Of a stretch of DNA of 54,607 bases, positions 6,767-15,578 are shown piece after piece; position 1 is the first letter of the stretch, and every line of letters starts with the position of its first letter. A program made the translations under genes and the position numbers. Location of the stretch: NCBI GenBank assembly GCA_045588425.1, contig JAZNED010000120.1, positions 1 through 54,607 on the forward strand. Reading direction: 5' to 3'. The DNA is from Acutalibacteraceae bacterium. GTDB taxonomy: Bacteria; Bacillota; Clostridia; Oscillospirales; Acutalibacteraceae. A model generated the notes under the pieces. It saw only the letters and a list, made by a program, of their open reading frames with translations. It was not told where the DNA came from and searched no databases.

Positions 6767-9700
6767 TTAGTTGGCGTTTTTTTCCACGGCCAAGGTGACC
6801 ACCTCACCGTTGATGTTCCACTCCTTGACGTAGCCGGCGGCAGAGCCAACGGTCAGGGCGGTAGCCATCACGTCGGTGCCGATGGAAGCCCAGTTGCGCT
6901 CCACCAGCTGCTCCACGCTCTCGTTGCCAGTGACGTAAACAGAGATGGTATCCATCACCTCAAAGCCGGCCTCTTTGCGCATGGTCTGCAGCTTGCTGAC
7001 CACCTCGCGGACAAAGCCTTCCTCGATCAACTCAGGAGTCAGGCGGGTGTCGATCGCAACCGTAATGCCACGATCCGAGACGGTATAATAACCCTCGGTC
7101 TGGGTGGTCTCGATGAGCAGATCCTCAGTAGCCAGCGTAACGTCGCCGGAGGCGAGATGCAGGGTGATGGTGCCCTTCTCATTCAGCTCGGCCATGGTGG
7201 CGTTGCCGTCCAGCTCGGCCAAAGCGGTGCGAATCTCGCCCAACTGCTTGCCGTACTTCGGACCCACAGTCTTGAGCTGAGGCTTGAAGGAGTAGCTCAT
7301 AAAGGCGGCGGCGTCAGAGATAAACTCCACCGACTTAATGTTCAGCTCGTCGGCGATGATGGCGGTGCAGAACTCGTCCAAGGAGCCGTCCATCTGGACG
7401 TACATCTTGCCCAAGGGCTGACGGTTCTTGCAGGCGGCGCCGTTACGGGCAGCACGGCCCTGCACCACGATCTGCAGGACACTGTCCATAGCGGCCTCCA
7501 GGGCGGTGTCGATGTAAGCCTCGTTGACCTCGGGGTAGGCGCACAGGTGGACACTGGCGGGAGCGGTGGGATCGTTCTCGCACACCAGGTTGCGGTAAAT
7601 GTCCTCTGCCATAAAGGGGATCATGGGAGCAGACGCCTTGGCCACCGTCACCAGAGCGGTGTACAGGGTCATATAGGCGTTGATCTTATCCTGGGGCATA
7701 TCCTTACCCCAGAAGCGCTCACGGCTGCGGCGGACGTACCAGTTACTCAGCTCGTCCACAAAGTCCTGCAGCACGCGGGACGCCTCGGGAATGCGGTAGT
7801 TGGCCAGGTGGTCGTCAACGGCACGCACGGTGGAATTGAGACGGGACAAAAGCCACTTATCCATCACGGACAGTTTATCGTACTCAAGGCTGTACTTGGT
7901 GGCATCAAAATTGTCGATATTGGCGTACAGCACGAAGAAGGCGTAGGTGTTCCACAGGGTACCCAGGAACTTGCGCTGGCACTCCTGCACCGCCTTACCG
8001 GAGAAGCGGTTGGGCAGCCAAGGAGCGGAGTTGGAGTAGAAGTACCAACGGATGGCGTCGGCACCGTAGGTCTCCAGTGCCTCGAAGGGATCTACGGCAT
8101 TGCCCTTGGACTTACTCATCTTCTGACCGTCGGCATCCTGCACGTGACCCAAGACGAGGACGTTCTTGTAGGGGGCCTTATTGAACAACAGGGTGGAAAT
8201 CGCCAGCAGAGAATAGAACCAACCACGGGTCTGGTCCACACCCTCGGAGATGAAGTCCGCGGGGAACTGCTTAGCGAAAACATCCTGATTCTCAAAGGGA
8301 TAGTGATGCTGGGCAAAGGGCATCGCACCGGAGTCGAACCAGCAGTCGATGACCTCGGGCACACGCTTCATCTCGCCGCCGCAATCGGGGCAACGCAGGG
8401 TAACGGCGTCGATAAAGGGACGGTGCAGCTCCACGTTCTCAGGGCAATTGATGGCCATCGACTTCAGCTCCTCACGGCTGCCGATGGCGTGCTGACAACC
8501 GCAGGAGCACTCCCAAATATTGAGAGGCGTACCCCAATAGCGGTTACGGCTGATGCCCCAATCCTGCACGTTCTCCAGCCAGTCGCCGAAACGACCCTTA
8601 CCGATGGACTCGGGAATCCAGTTGACGGTGTTGTTGTTGCGGATCAGATCCTCGCGCACGGCGGTCATCTTAATAAACCAAGACTCACGAGCATAGTAGA
8701 TCAGAGGGGTGTCACAACGCCAGCAGAAAGGATAGTCGTGCTCAAACTTAGGCGCATCGAATAGCTGACCGCGGGAGTCCAAATCCACCAGAATCTTGGG
8801 GTCGGCATCCTTAACGAACAAGCCGGCGAAGGGGGTGTCCTCGGTCATGTGACCGGCACCGTCCACCAACTGCACGAAGGGCAGGTCGTACTTACGACCC
8901 ACCTGGGCATCGTCCTCACCGAAGGCGGGAGCGATATGCACGATACCGGTACCGTCGGTCATAGTGACGTAGCCGTCGCAGGTGATGTAGAAGCCTTCCT
9001 TGCGCTGTTTATCTGCCAGCGCCTTGGCACAGTCGTACAGAGGCTCGTAAGCCTTGCGCTCCAGGTCGCGACCAACGTAGGTCTCCAGCACCTCGTAGGC
9101 GGGAGTATCCTCGGTGGCCAGCTTACCCAGCACGCGGTCCAGCAGAGCCTCAGCCATATAATAGGTGTAGCCGTCGGCGGCCTTCACCTTGCAATAGGTC
9201 TCGTCAGGGTTGACGCACAGCGCCACATTGGAGGGCAACGTCCAAGGCGTGGTGGTCCAAGCGAGGAAATAGGCGTCCTCATCGGCGACCTTAAAGCGCA
9301 CCACAGCGGAACGCTCCTTGACACACTTATAGCCCTGAGCTACCTCGTGACTGGACAGAGGGGTGCCGCAACGGGGGCAATAGGGAACGATCTTAAAGCC
9401 CTTATACAGCAGCTTCTTGTCCCAAATCTGGCGCAGAGCCCACCACTCGGACTCAATGTAGTCGTCGTGATAGGTGACGTAGGGGTCATCCATATCCACC
9501 CAGAAGCCAACGGTGCCGGAGAAACCTTCCCACATGCCCTTGTACTTCCAGACGCTTTCCTTACACTTCTCGATGAAAGGCTCAAGACCGTATTTCTCGA
9601 TCTGCTCCTTACCATCCAGACCCAGCTGCTTCTCCACCTCCAGCTCCACAGGGAGACCGTGGGTGTCCCAACCCGCCTTACGGGGAACCATATGTCCCTT

Positions 9701-9925
9701 CATGGTGCGGTAACGGGGAATCATATCCTTGATAACACGAGTCAGCACGTGGCCGATATGGGGCTTACCGTTGGCCGTGGGAGGGCCATCGTAGAAGGTG
9801 TAGGTCTCCCCCTTCTTGCTCTGCTCCAGGGACTGCTCGAAGACCTTGTTCTCGGTCCAGAACTGCAGCACCTCGCGCTCACGCTGTACAAAGTCCATAT
9901 TGGTCGATACTTTCTTGTACATCAC
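6767..9925 (-). CDS. ileS: Isoleucine--tRNA ligase (type 2, about 1050 aa)
   Basis: It has the HIGH motif (YDGPPTANGKPHIGH), the KMSKS motif (QKMSKSKGN) and a CP1 editing region. It is preceded by a T-box leader. Confidence 0.95.
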   Translation of the reverse strand: MMYKKVSTNMDFVQREREVLQFWTENKVFEQSLEQSKKGETYTFYDGPPTANGKPHIGHVLTRVIKDMIPRYRTMKGHMVPRKAGWDTHGLPVELEVEKQLGLDGKEQIEKYGLEPFIEKCKESVWKYKGMWEGFSGTVGFWVDMDDPYVTYHDDYIESEWWALRQIWDKKLLYKGFKIVPYCPRCGTPLSSHEVAQGYKCVKERSAVVRFKVADEDAYFLAWTTTPWTLPSNVALCVNPDETYCKVKAADGYTYYMAEALLDRVLGKLATEDTPAYEVLETYVGRDLERKAYEPLYDCAKALADKQRKEGFYITCDGYVTMTDGTGIVHIAPAFGEDDAQVGRKYDLPFVQLVDGAGHMTEDTPFAGLFVKDADPKILVDLDSRGQLFDAPKFEHDYPFCWRCDTPLIYYARESWFIKMTAVREDLIRNNNTVNWIPESIGKGRFGDWLENVQDWGISRNRYWGTPLNIWECSCGCQHAIGSREELKSMAINCPENVELHRPFIDAVTLRCPDCGGEMKRVPEVIDCWFDSGAMPFAQHHYPFENQDVFAKQFPADFISEGVDQTRGWFYSLLAISTLLFNKAPYKNVLVLGHVQDADGQKMSKSKGNAVDPFEALETYGADAIRWYFYSNSAPWLPNRFSGKAVQECQRKFLGTLWNTYAFFVLYANIDNFDATKYSLEYDKLSVMDKWLLSRLNSTVRAVDDHLANYRIPEASRVLQDFVDELSNWYVRRSRERFWGKDMPQDKINAYMTLYTALVTVAKASAPMIPFMAEDIYRNLVCENDPTAPASVHLCAYPEVNEAYIDTALEAAMDSVLQIVVQGRAARNGAACKNRQPLGKMYVQMDGSLDEFCTAIIADELNIKSVEFISDAAAFMSYSFKPQLKTVGPKYGKQLGEIRTALAELDGNATMAELNEKGTITLHLASGDVTLATEDLLIETTQTEGYYTVSDRGITVAIDTRLTPELIEEGFVREVVSKLQTMRKEAGFEVMDTISVYVTGNESVEQLVERNWASIGTDVMATALTVGSAAGYVKEWNINGEVVTLAVEKNAN

Positions 9926-9941
9926 AATACCTCCAAACAAT

Positions 9942-10185
9942 AAAAAATCCCTCGTCCTGCCAAACAGGACGAAGGTCAAACTTCGCTATACCACCTATTG
10001 ACACGTACCATCATACGCCGCCCCGCTAACGGTGGGCAACCGTCCGCGCCTAATAGGAAAATCCGTTCAGCCGGCAACTCCCGAGGGATATTCACGCCGC
10101 ATGCCTACCGTCGGGCTTACACCCTCCCCGACTCGCTGTGGGAGCACAACTGCGCTACTGACTCGTTCACTGTTTTTAATTATCC
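9942..10185 (-). promoter_or_regulatory. T-box riboswitch leader of ileS
   Basis: The minus strand shows the stem I motif AGCGAGTCGGGGAGGGTG. It also shows the T-box sequence AATAGGTGGTATAGCGAAG (9981-9995) and the terminator ccttcgtcctg-tttg-gcaggacgagg plus TTTTTT (9942-9975). A candidate ATC specifier sits at 10089-10087, but its context (GAATATCC) is not unambiguous. Confidence 0.8.
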
Positions 10186-10191
10186 TACAAT

Positions 10192-10220
10192 ATAATAGCG
10201 GATAGAAAAGAAAAAGTCAA
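10192..10220 (-). promoter_or_regulatory. Promoter of the ileS leader
   Basis: The minus strand reads TTGACT-17 nt-TATTAT. Confidence 0.55.
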
Positions 10221-10280
10221 GAGGGAAAAGCGGAAAGCCACCGCAGACACTATCTGCGGAGGCTTTTTTGCTATTTGATA

Positions 10281-11378
10281 TTACCAAAGCTCTTCAAACT
10301 CCATCGTACCAAGGAGTTTATCCAACGGCAAAGCCAAACTAAACATATATCCGCTTCGTTCGGCCAGTGTGTTGATTTGATCCGCCGTCAGTTCAAGATA
10401 ATAGCTGTACAGGCATAACCGCTCCTGCGGGATAATTTGAAACGAAACGGCAAGAGGCTCTGCCCCATAGAAGTCCACTAATTCTTCAAATCGCTGCTCC
10501 AAAACACGCTCATAGTAAGGAACCCTATGCTGTTCCTCCAACGCATTCCGTTTCGTATTGAGAACACGCCAGTCATCGTACTTAACTCGCATGGTATCGC
10601 TCCACACCTCTATGACACTCATGTCACGACCATCCCATGATGGATACAGTTTCTTCGCCTCTTCCACAAAAGCATTGTAAGCGGCTTGATATTCCTCATA
10701 AAATTTTGTTAATTCTTCAGCACTCTCCCAAAACGCATCATAAATTCTCTGAGTAGGACACACTTTCACAACAACACCATACACAACGTCCTCATATTTG
10801 TGTTGCTTCATCTCCTTTTCTAAACTACTTGAGATCAGATAACGATCATTAGGAAAACTCAACATGCCCTCATCAAACAAATCATCAAATTGGCTATCAT
10901 ATCCCTCTCCGGTTATCAGCACTTTTTCCGGCACCGTAGGAATGGTAGGTTTCGTTTGTGTTGCCGTAGATTCAGTCGGTACGATGGTCTGTACCGGTTC
11001 GGTCTTGCTGGGGGTGGTTGCTGTGGGAGGCTGGGTTTTGCTTGGTGTGGTCTGAGACGGAGCAAAAACCGACGTGGTAGGGGTTGTAGGGCTGACGATT
11101 CCGCTGTGAGAGGGGGTGACAGACGGCGCCGTACCGACTGCCGTGCCCTCTGTCACGGGAGAATGAGTGACAGTGGTGGTAGATAGGCTATCGGAAAGCG
11201 GCGGATCTTCCGTCAACACCCCACTACGCCACACGCTCGCACCCACCAGCGCCACCAACGCACAAGAACAAATCGAGGTGATCGCGCTGACCGTATGCTT
11301 TCTCTTTCTCTGCTGGGCGGCAATATACCGCTCTCTGCGTTCAAAAACGCTGTCGGCAATTTCTCTATAACTCTTCAT
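10281..11378 (-). CDS. Anti-sigma-factor-like membrane protein (cytoplasmic N-terminus, 1 TM, Thr/Pro-rich linker, extracytoplasmic domain)
   Basis: The start overlaps the sigma-factor stop by 14 nt. The architecture is MKSYREIADSVFERRERY.., then a TM helix, a TPS-rich linker and a globular C-terminus. Confidence 0.6.
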   Translation of the reverse strand: MKSYREIADSVFERRERYIAAQQRKRKHTVSAITSICSCALVALVGASVWRSGVLTEDPPLSDSLSTTTVTHSPVTEGTAVGTAPSVTPSHSGIVSPTTPTTSVFAPSQTTPSKTQPPTATTPSKTEPVQTIVPTESTATQTKPTIPTVPEKVLITGEGYDSQFDDLFDEGMLSFPNDRYLISSSLEKEMKQHKYEDVVYGVVVKVCPTQRIYDAFWESAEELTKFYEEYQAAYNAFVEEAKKLYPSWDGRDMSVIEVWSDTMRVKYDDWRVLNTKRNALEEQHRVPYYERVLEQRFEELVDFYGAEPLAVSFQIIPQERLCLYSYYLELTADQINTLAERSGYMFSLALPLDKLLGTMEFEELW

Positions 11379-11919
11379 AAACAAAATTCTCCTTTTCGAG
11401 TTGTGCCTTGAGAGCCTGCTTTGCCCGATAAACCAAATTTTCAATCTGGCGTTTACTCCTATTCATCGCCACCGCCGCATCGGCGTTGCTAAAGCCGTCA
11501 AAAAAAGTCAAATACAGGATTTGGCGGTATTCGGCTTTCAGCTTTTGCATGGCTCTGTGCACGGTGATCTTCTGCTCCTCTTGCAAATAGGAGCGTTCCA
11601 CACTCTCTTCCTCAAACAGGCAGTTTTCCAGATCGTCTATGGGAGTGTCGGCAATCTTTTTGCGATGGCGGAGGTAATCCACCGCCACATTGCGACCAAT
11701 CGTATACAGCCATGTCTTAAAAGCGTATTTGCCGGAAAATTTCGGTTTTTTCGTTACGAGCTTAAAGAAGGTCTCTTCCATCAATTCTTCCGCTACAAAG
11801 ATGTTGTTCACATATCCATTCAGATAGAGAATCAAACCGTCTTTGTAGTCCCTGATTATTTCAACGAAGCCTTCGTCGTCACCATCAAGGAAACGGCGGT
11901 AGCTACTGGCACCGTTATC
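11365..11919 (-). CDS. RNA polymerase sigma-70 family (ECF-type) sigma factor
   Basis: It has region 2 (..FKTWLYTIGRNVAVDYLRHRKK) and region 4 (YRQILYLTFFDGFSNADAAVAMNRSKRQIENLVYRAKQAL). The ATG at 11919 follows AAAGGAGAG. Confidence 0.85.
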   Translation of the reverse strand, partial: DNGASSYRRFLDGDDEGFVEIIRDYKDGLILYLNGYVNNIFVAEELMEETFFKLVTKKPKFSGKYAFKTWLYTIGRNVAVDYLRHRKKIADTPIDDLENCLFEEESVERSYLQEEQKITVHRAMQKLKAEYRQILYLTFFDGFSNADAAVAMNRSKRQIENLVYRAKQALKAQLEKENFVYEEL

Positions 11920-12027
11920 CATTGATTCTCTCCTTTCCGAAAGGTATTTTTTGCCTTTCATCTGTTAAACGGATGGAATGGTAAATTCTCTCACCTACAG
12001 TGTAGAATACTTGATGCGAGAATGCAA

Positions 12028-12076
12028 GAAAAAAGAAAACCCGCCTGACAGGGGATGTCAGGCGGTTTTCCTTTTG
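12028..12076. terminator. Strong bidirectional hairpin upstream of the sigma operon
   Basis: gaaaacccgcctgaca-gggga-tgtcaggcggttttc has T-runs on both strands. Confidence 0.6.
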
Positions 12077-12250
12077 TTAGAGGGGTGTTTTGAGGAGGAT
12101 GTACCCAGACTTTAGTCGGCATTCCGGTGCGGCTCCATCCTGCCCTCGTTGGGTACAGGTTTATCATAACCGATAGATATGAACTTTCTGTGACCGAAAA
12201 ATGAATTCTCCGTAAGAAAATTATGAATTTTAAAAATAGCAAACAAATGT

Positions 12251-12279
12251 TTGACTTTTCCGAACATATGTGCTATACT
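12251..12279 (+). promoter_or_regulatory. lexA promoter with embedded LexA (Cheo/SOS) box
   Basis: The promoter is TTGACT-17 nt-TATACT. The spacer contains CGAACATATGTGC (12261-12273), which has 1 mismatch to CGAAC-N4-GTTCG. Confidence 0.75.
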
Positions 12280-12320
12280 GGTGCCAAGAGTAGTAAAATA
12301 CGCCATTTTAGGAGGTTTTT

Positions 12321-12908
12321 ATGAAACCGTTGAACGAAAAACAGCAAAAAGTGTTGGCATTTGTGAAAGAACGCCTAGGCGACGGCATCCCCCCCTCTGT
12401 GCGGGAGATCTGCGACGCCTGTGGCATTAAGTCCACCTCCACCGTCCACGCTTATCTGAAGCGTTTGGAGGAAGAAGGTTATATTGACCGCATGGACGGA
12501 CTCAACCGCGCCATCCGTCTGCCCGGCGAGAGTGTCACCCGTGTGCCGCTGTTGGGTAAAGTTACCGCCGGTTTACCCATCCTGGCGGTGGAAGAGGTGG
12601 AGGACTACGTCCCCTTCTCCGGTGGCAGTATGTATCCTGCCGGTGAGCTGTTTGCCCTGCGGGTCAGCGGCACCAGTATGATCAACGCCGGCATTCTGGA
12701 TCGTGACGTAGTGATCGTGCGCCGCACCAACACCGCCCAGAACGGTGACGTGGTGGTGGCGCTCATCGGCGACGAGGCCACCGTTAAACGCATCTATATG
12801 GAGAGCGACCACATCCGTCTGCAACCTGAAAACCCCGAGTTTGAGCCCATCATTGTCAAAGAGGCGATTGTACTGGGCAAGGTCATCTCGCTGGTGCGGT
12901 ATTTCTGA
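12321..12908 (+). CDS. lexA: LexA repressor
   Basis: It has an N-terminal winged HTH (VREICDACGIKSTSTVHAYLKRLEEEGYI), the cleavage-site region and the S24 peptidase Ser (GTSM) and Lys (VKR). Confidence 0.95.
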   Translation: MKPLNEKQQKVLAFVKERLGDGIPPSVREICDACGIKSTSTVHAYLKRLEEEGYIDRMDGLNRAIRLPGESVTRVPLLGKVTAGLPILAVEEVEDYVPFSGGSMYPAGELFALRVSGTSMINAGILDRDVVIVRRTNTAQNGDVVVALIGDEATVKRIYMESDHIRLQPENPEFEPIIVKEAIVLGKVISLVRYF

Positions 12909-13351
12909 TGAGTATGTATAAGTATTTGATCAGCGCCTGCCTGTGCGGCGAGTATTGCCGCTACGACGGCGGCACCTTTGACTATCCCCACCTGCGGAAG
13001 CTGGCAGAGGATGGGGTGGCTCTCCCCTATTGCCCTGAGCACTGCGGCGGATTGCCCATCCCCCGCAAGCCCTGCGAGATCGTAGGGGACAAGGTGTTGG
13101 CTGCGGATGGCACCGACTGCACGGCGGAGTACACCCGCGGTGCAGAGGGAGCGCTGAGGCTATGTAAAAAACACGGCATCACCGCCGCCATCCTCAAAGA
13201 CGGCAGTCCCAGTTGCGGCAGTACCCGCATCTATGACGGTACCCACACGGGGGTAAAGATTCCCGGCATGGGGTTAGCCGCTCATCTATTGGCGGAGAAC
13301 GGCGTGACGCTGTATAGCGAAGTGAATCTGCCGACGGAAATCCAAGAATAA
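12908..13351 (+). CDS. DUF523 family protein (TudS-like 2-thiouracil desulfurase family)
   Basis: It contains LISACLCGEYCRYDGG...DGSPSCG. The start overlaps the lexA stop (TGATG). Confidence 0.75.
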   Translation: MSMYKYLISACLCGEYCRYDGGTFDYPHLRKLAEDGVALPYCPEHCGGLPIPRKPCEIVGDKVLAADGTDCTAEYTRGAEGALRLCKKHGITAAILKDGSPSCGSTRIYDGTHTGVKIPGMGLAAHLLAENGVTLYSEVNLPTEIQE

Positions 13352-13389
13352 AAACAGCAGTCCGTACCGATGGTACGGACTGCTGTTTT
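13351..13389. terminator. Bidirectional terminator
   Basis: The sequence is aaaacagcagtccgtacc-gat-ggtacggactgctgtttt. Confidence 0.75.
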
Positions 13390-13416
13390 GTTTGTATAAC
13401 GCCATCTGCGATGGCT

Positions 13417-13467
13417 ACACCTCATCCACCGCCATTCGGCGGTCCCCCTTCCCCTCAAGGGGAAGGC
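13417..13467. repeat. 51-nt double-hairpin repeat, copy 1 (second copy at 44747-44797)
   Basis: The sequence is acacctcatccACCGCCattcGGCGGTcccCCTTCCCCtcaaGGGGAAGGc. It is identical to the other copy except for 2 loop bases. Confidence 0.8.
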
Positions 13468-13486
13468 CGGCGAAGGTATCGTTAAA

Positions 13487-15313
13487 TTAAGCCAGCGCGT
13501 ATTTCTCTTTATACGCAGCGTAGGCCGTCTGGAACTCCCCACTGGTGTGCTTAACATCCTGCAGATAATGGTGAGTGTCAAAGGCGTTGTGCTCCACCTC
13601 AATGACCGCCACCGCCACGTTGGAGCAGTGGTCAGACACACGCTCGAAGTTGGTGAGCATATCCGCCAACACAAAGCCCATCTCAATGCTGCACTCGCCG
13701 TTACGCAGGCGGCGGACGTGACCGGCACGAATCTTGGTGATCAGGCCGTCAATAACCTGCTCCAAAGGCTCCACCTGTTGGGCCAACGCGATATCGTTCT
13801 CGGCATAAGCGCGGCTGGTAATCACCAAAATCTCGCGAATGGCGTCCGCCAGCACGCTCAACTCCTTCTTAGCCTCGTCGGTGAAGGACAGACCCTTCTC
13901 ATCCAATTCAGCGGCACAATCCTTCAGGTTGAGGGCATGGTCGCCCAAACGCTCGAAGTTGCCGATGGCATGCAGCATCTTGGACACCACCTGGGAGTCC
14001 TTTTCGGACAGAGCACGGGAGGACAACTTGACCAAATAGGTGCCCAGTTTGTCCTCGGCGTCATCCAACTGATGCTCCACCTCACGCATCTGCTCGGCCA
14101 CATCGGCATCGTACTTATTGAACAACTCCAAGGAGGTCCACACGTTACGGCAAGCCGACTCGCACATAGCGACACTGGCGGCATTGCTCTCAGACACAGC
14201 CACAGAGGGAGAATTGAACAAACGCTCGTCCAGGAACAGCCCCTGCTTCTGCTCGGTTGCTTCGCCATCCTTGTCGCGGATGATTCTGCAAGCCATCTTC
14301 TCCATCTGCTTGCCAAAGGGCAACAGCAAAGCGGCAGTAAGAACATTGAAAATAGAGTGGCAAATGGCCACAGCGAAGGCACTGGCTTCTGTCTTATCAT
14401 GCAGGAAATTGTAAATGAAGCCACCCTCGGCAAGGAAGGAATTGAACAACATCAGCACCGGTAACCAAACCAACGTGCCAATAAGATTCATGGCGAAGTG
14501 GAGTACCACCACCCGCTTGGCGTTGCGATTGGTGCCAAAGGAGGAAATCAGCGAGGTGACGCAGGTACCGATATTAGCACCCATCACCAACGGAATGGAC
14601 ATATAATTGGTGATCGCACCCTTCATGGCGAAGGTCTGCACAATACCAATCGTAGCCGCAGAGGACTGGACAATACCGGTCAACACGGTGCTGACCAGCA
14701 ACAGCAGCACAGGATGGCTGTATCGCTTCACCAAATCGCCAAACTCCTGCAGCTCAGATAAAGGCTCCACAGCGTCACCCATCATCTCCATGCCATAGAT
14801 CAGCACGGCAAAGCCGATGAGGATGGTACCAACGCTCTTACGCTGATCCTTTTTAGACATCATAACCAGCACAGTACCAATCAATGCCAAGATAGGAGCG
14901 AAATTCGCCGGTTTGAGCATCAAGACACCGATATTGCCGCTGTCAATGCCGGACATGGACAGAATCCACGAAGTAAAAGTGGTGCCGATATTGGCACCGT
15001 AGATGACATACAGGGTTTGGGACATGGTCATCAAACCGGAGTTGACAAGACCCACCAGCATAACGGTAGTTGCAGACGAGGACTGCACCGCAATGGTGAT
15101 CGTCGCACCCAAGAAAATACTGATGAGGGGATGGGCAGTCGCCTTTTTAAGGGTGCGTTCCAGCTTACCGCCCGACATCTTCTCCAGATTGCCGGACATC
15201 ACATTCATACCGAACATGAAGAACACCAAGCCAACAATGATGCCAATAATAATAGGCAGCCAATCGGCAGCTTGCATATCCACGATGCTGGGTTGGACAG
15301 AAAGTGTACTCAT
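13487..15313 (-). CDS. Na+/phosphate cotransporter (NptA type II-like) with C-terminal PhoU-like domains
   Basis: It contains duplicated Na/Pi cotransporter motifs (..QSSSATT.. and ..QSSAATIG..). The C-terminal half is helical and PhoU-like. Confidence 0.85.
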   Translation of the reverse strand: MSTLSVQPSIVDMQAADWLPIIIGIIVGLVFFMFGMNVMSGNLEKMSGGKLERTLKKATAHPLISIFLGATITIAVQSSSATTVMLVGLVNSGLMTMSQTLYVIYGANIGTTFTSWILSMSGIDSGNIGVLMLKPANFAPILALIGTVLVMMSKKDQRKSVGTILIGFAVLIYGMEMMGDAVEPLSELQEFGDLVKRYSHPVLLLLVSTVLTGIVQSSAATIGIVQTFAMKGAITNYMSIPLVMGANIGTCVTSLISSFGTNRNAKRVVVLHFAMNLIGTLVWLPVLMLFNSFLAEGGFIYNFLHDKTEASAFAVAICHSIFNVLTAALLLPFGKQMEKMACRIIRDKDGEATEQKQGLFLDERLFNSPSVAVSESNAASVAMCESACRNVWTSLELFNKYDADVAEQMREVEHQLDDAEDKLGTYLVKLSSRALSEKDSQVVSKMLHAIGNFERLGDHALNLKDCAAELDEKGLSFTDEAKKELSVLADAIREILVITSRAYAENDIALAQQVEPLEQVIDGLITKIRAGHVRRLRNGECSIEMGFVLADMLTNFERVSDHCSNVAVAVIEVEHNAFDTHHYLQDVKHTSGEFQTAYAAYKEKYALA

Positions 15314-15521
15314 TTAAGTCATCCTTTCGTTTAACGCAAAAAACAAATGGGTGAATTATCATCATCGGACCATGTCCGTCGTTGTTAACATACCGGGCTA
15401 ATATCCAGATTACCCCAATTTGTTAAAATTATAGCATACCCAAAATAAAAATTCAATATTAACCTACCAAAAACCACCTCGTCAAATATGATAAAGAAAT
15501 GTCCACAAATTCTACATTTTT

Positions 15522-15560
15522 GGATAAAACAGGGAGGGATCGCACGCACGATCCCTCCCC
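15522..15560 (-). terminator. EF-G gene terminator
   Basis: The minus strand reads gggagggatcg-tgcgtg-cgatccctccc followed by tgtttt. Confidence 0.65.
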
Positions 15561-15578
15561 TATCGGAGTTACGTTATA

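Noticed and set aside
6515-8764. Very long ORFs antisense to real genes. Examples are 6515-8764 and 8849-9943 opposite ileS, 15846-17771 opposite EF-G, 45446-47077 opposite paaK and 32528-34111 opposite the M56 gene. Others are 24402-25409, 36917-37987, 39670-40614, 13547-14464, 21774-22922, 49907-50986 and 4989-5843.
   Set aside because: They have a low-complexity G/A/L/V/H-rich composition typical of shadow frames in GC-rich DNA. They have no RBS. In every case the opposite strand encodes a protein with clear family signatures.
10087-10095. A Tyr (TAT) specifier reading of the ileS T-box (GAA-TAT-C).
   Set aside because: The downstream gene is unambiguously IleRS, and the overlapping ATC is the expected Ile specifier. 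Neither reading has the usual 3' purine, so the exact register needs a proper fold.
12112-12306. A 64-aa ORF divergent from lexA, considered as a possible SOS-induced small protein by analogy with yneA.
   Set aside because: No Shine-Dalgarno sequence lies upstream of either in-frame ATG; the upstream sequence is the complement of the lexA RBS. The composition is unremarkable.
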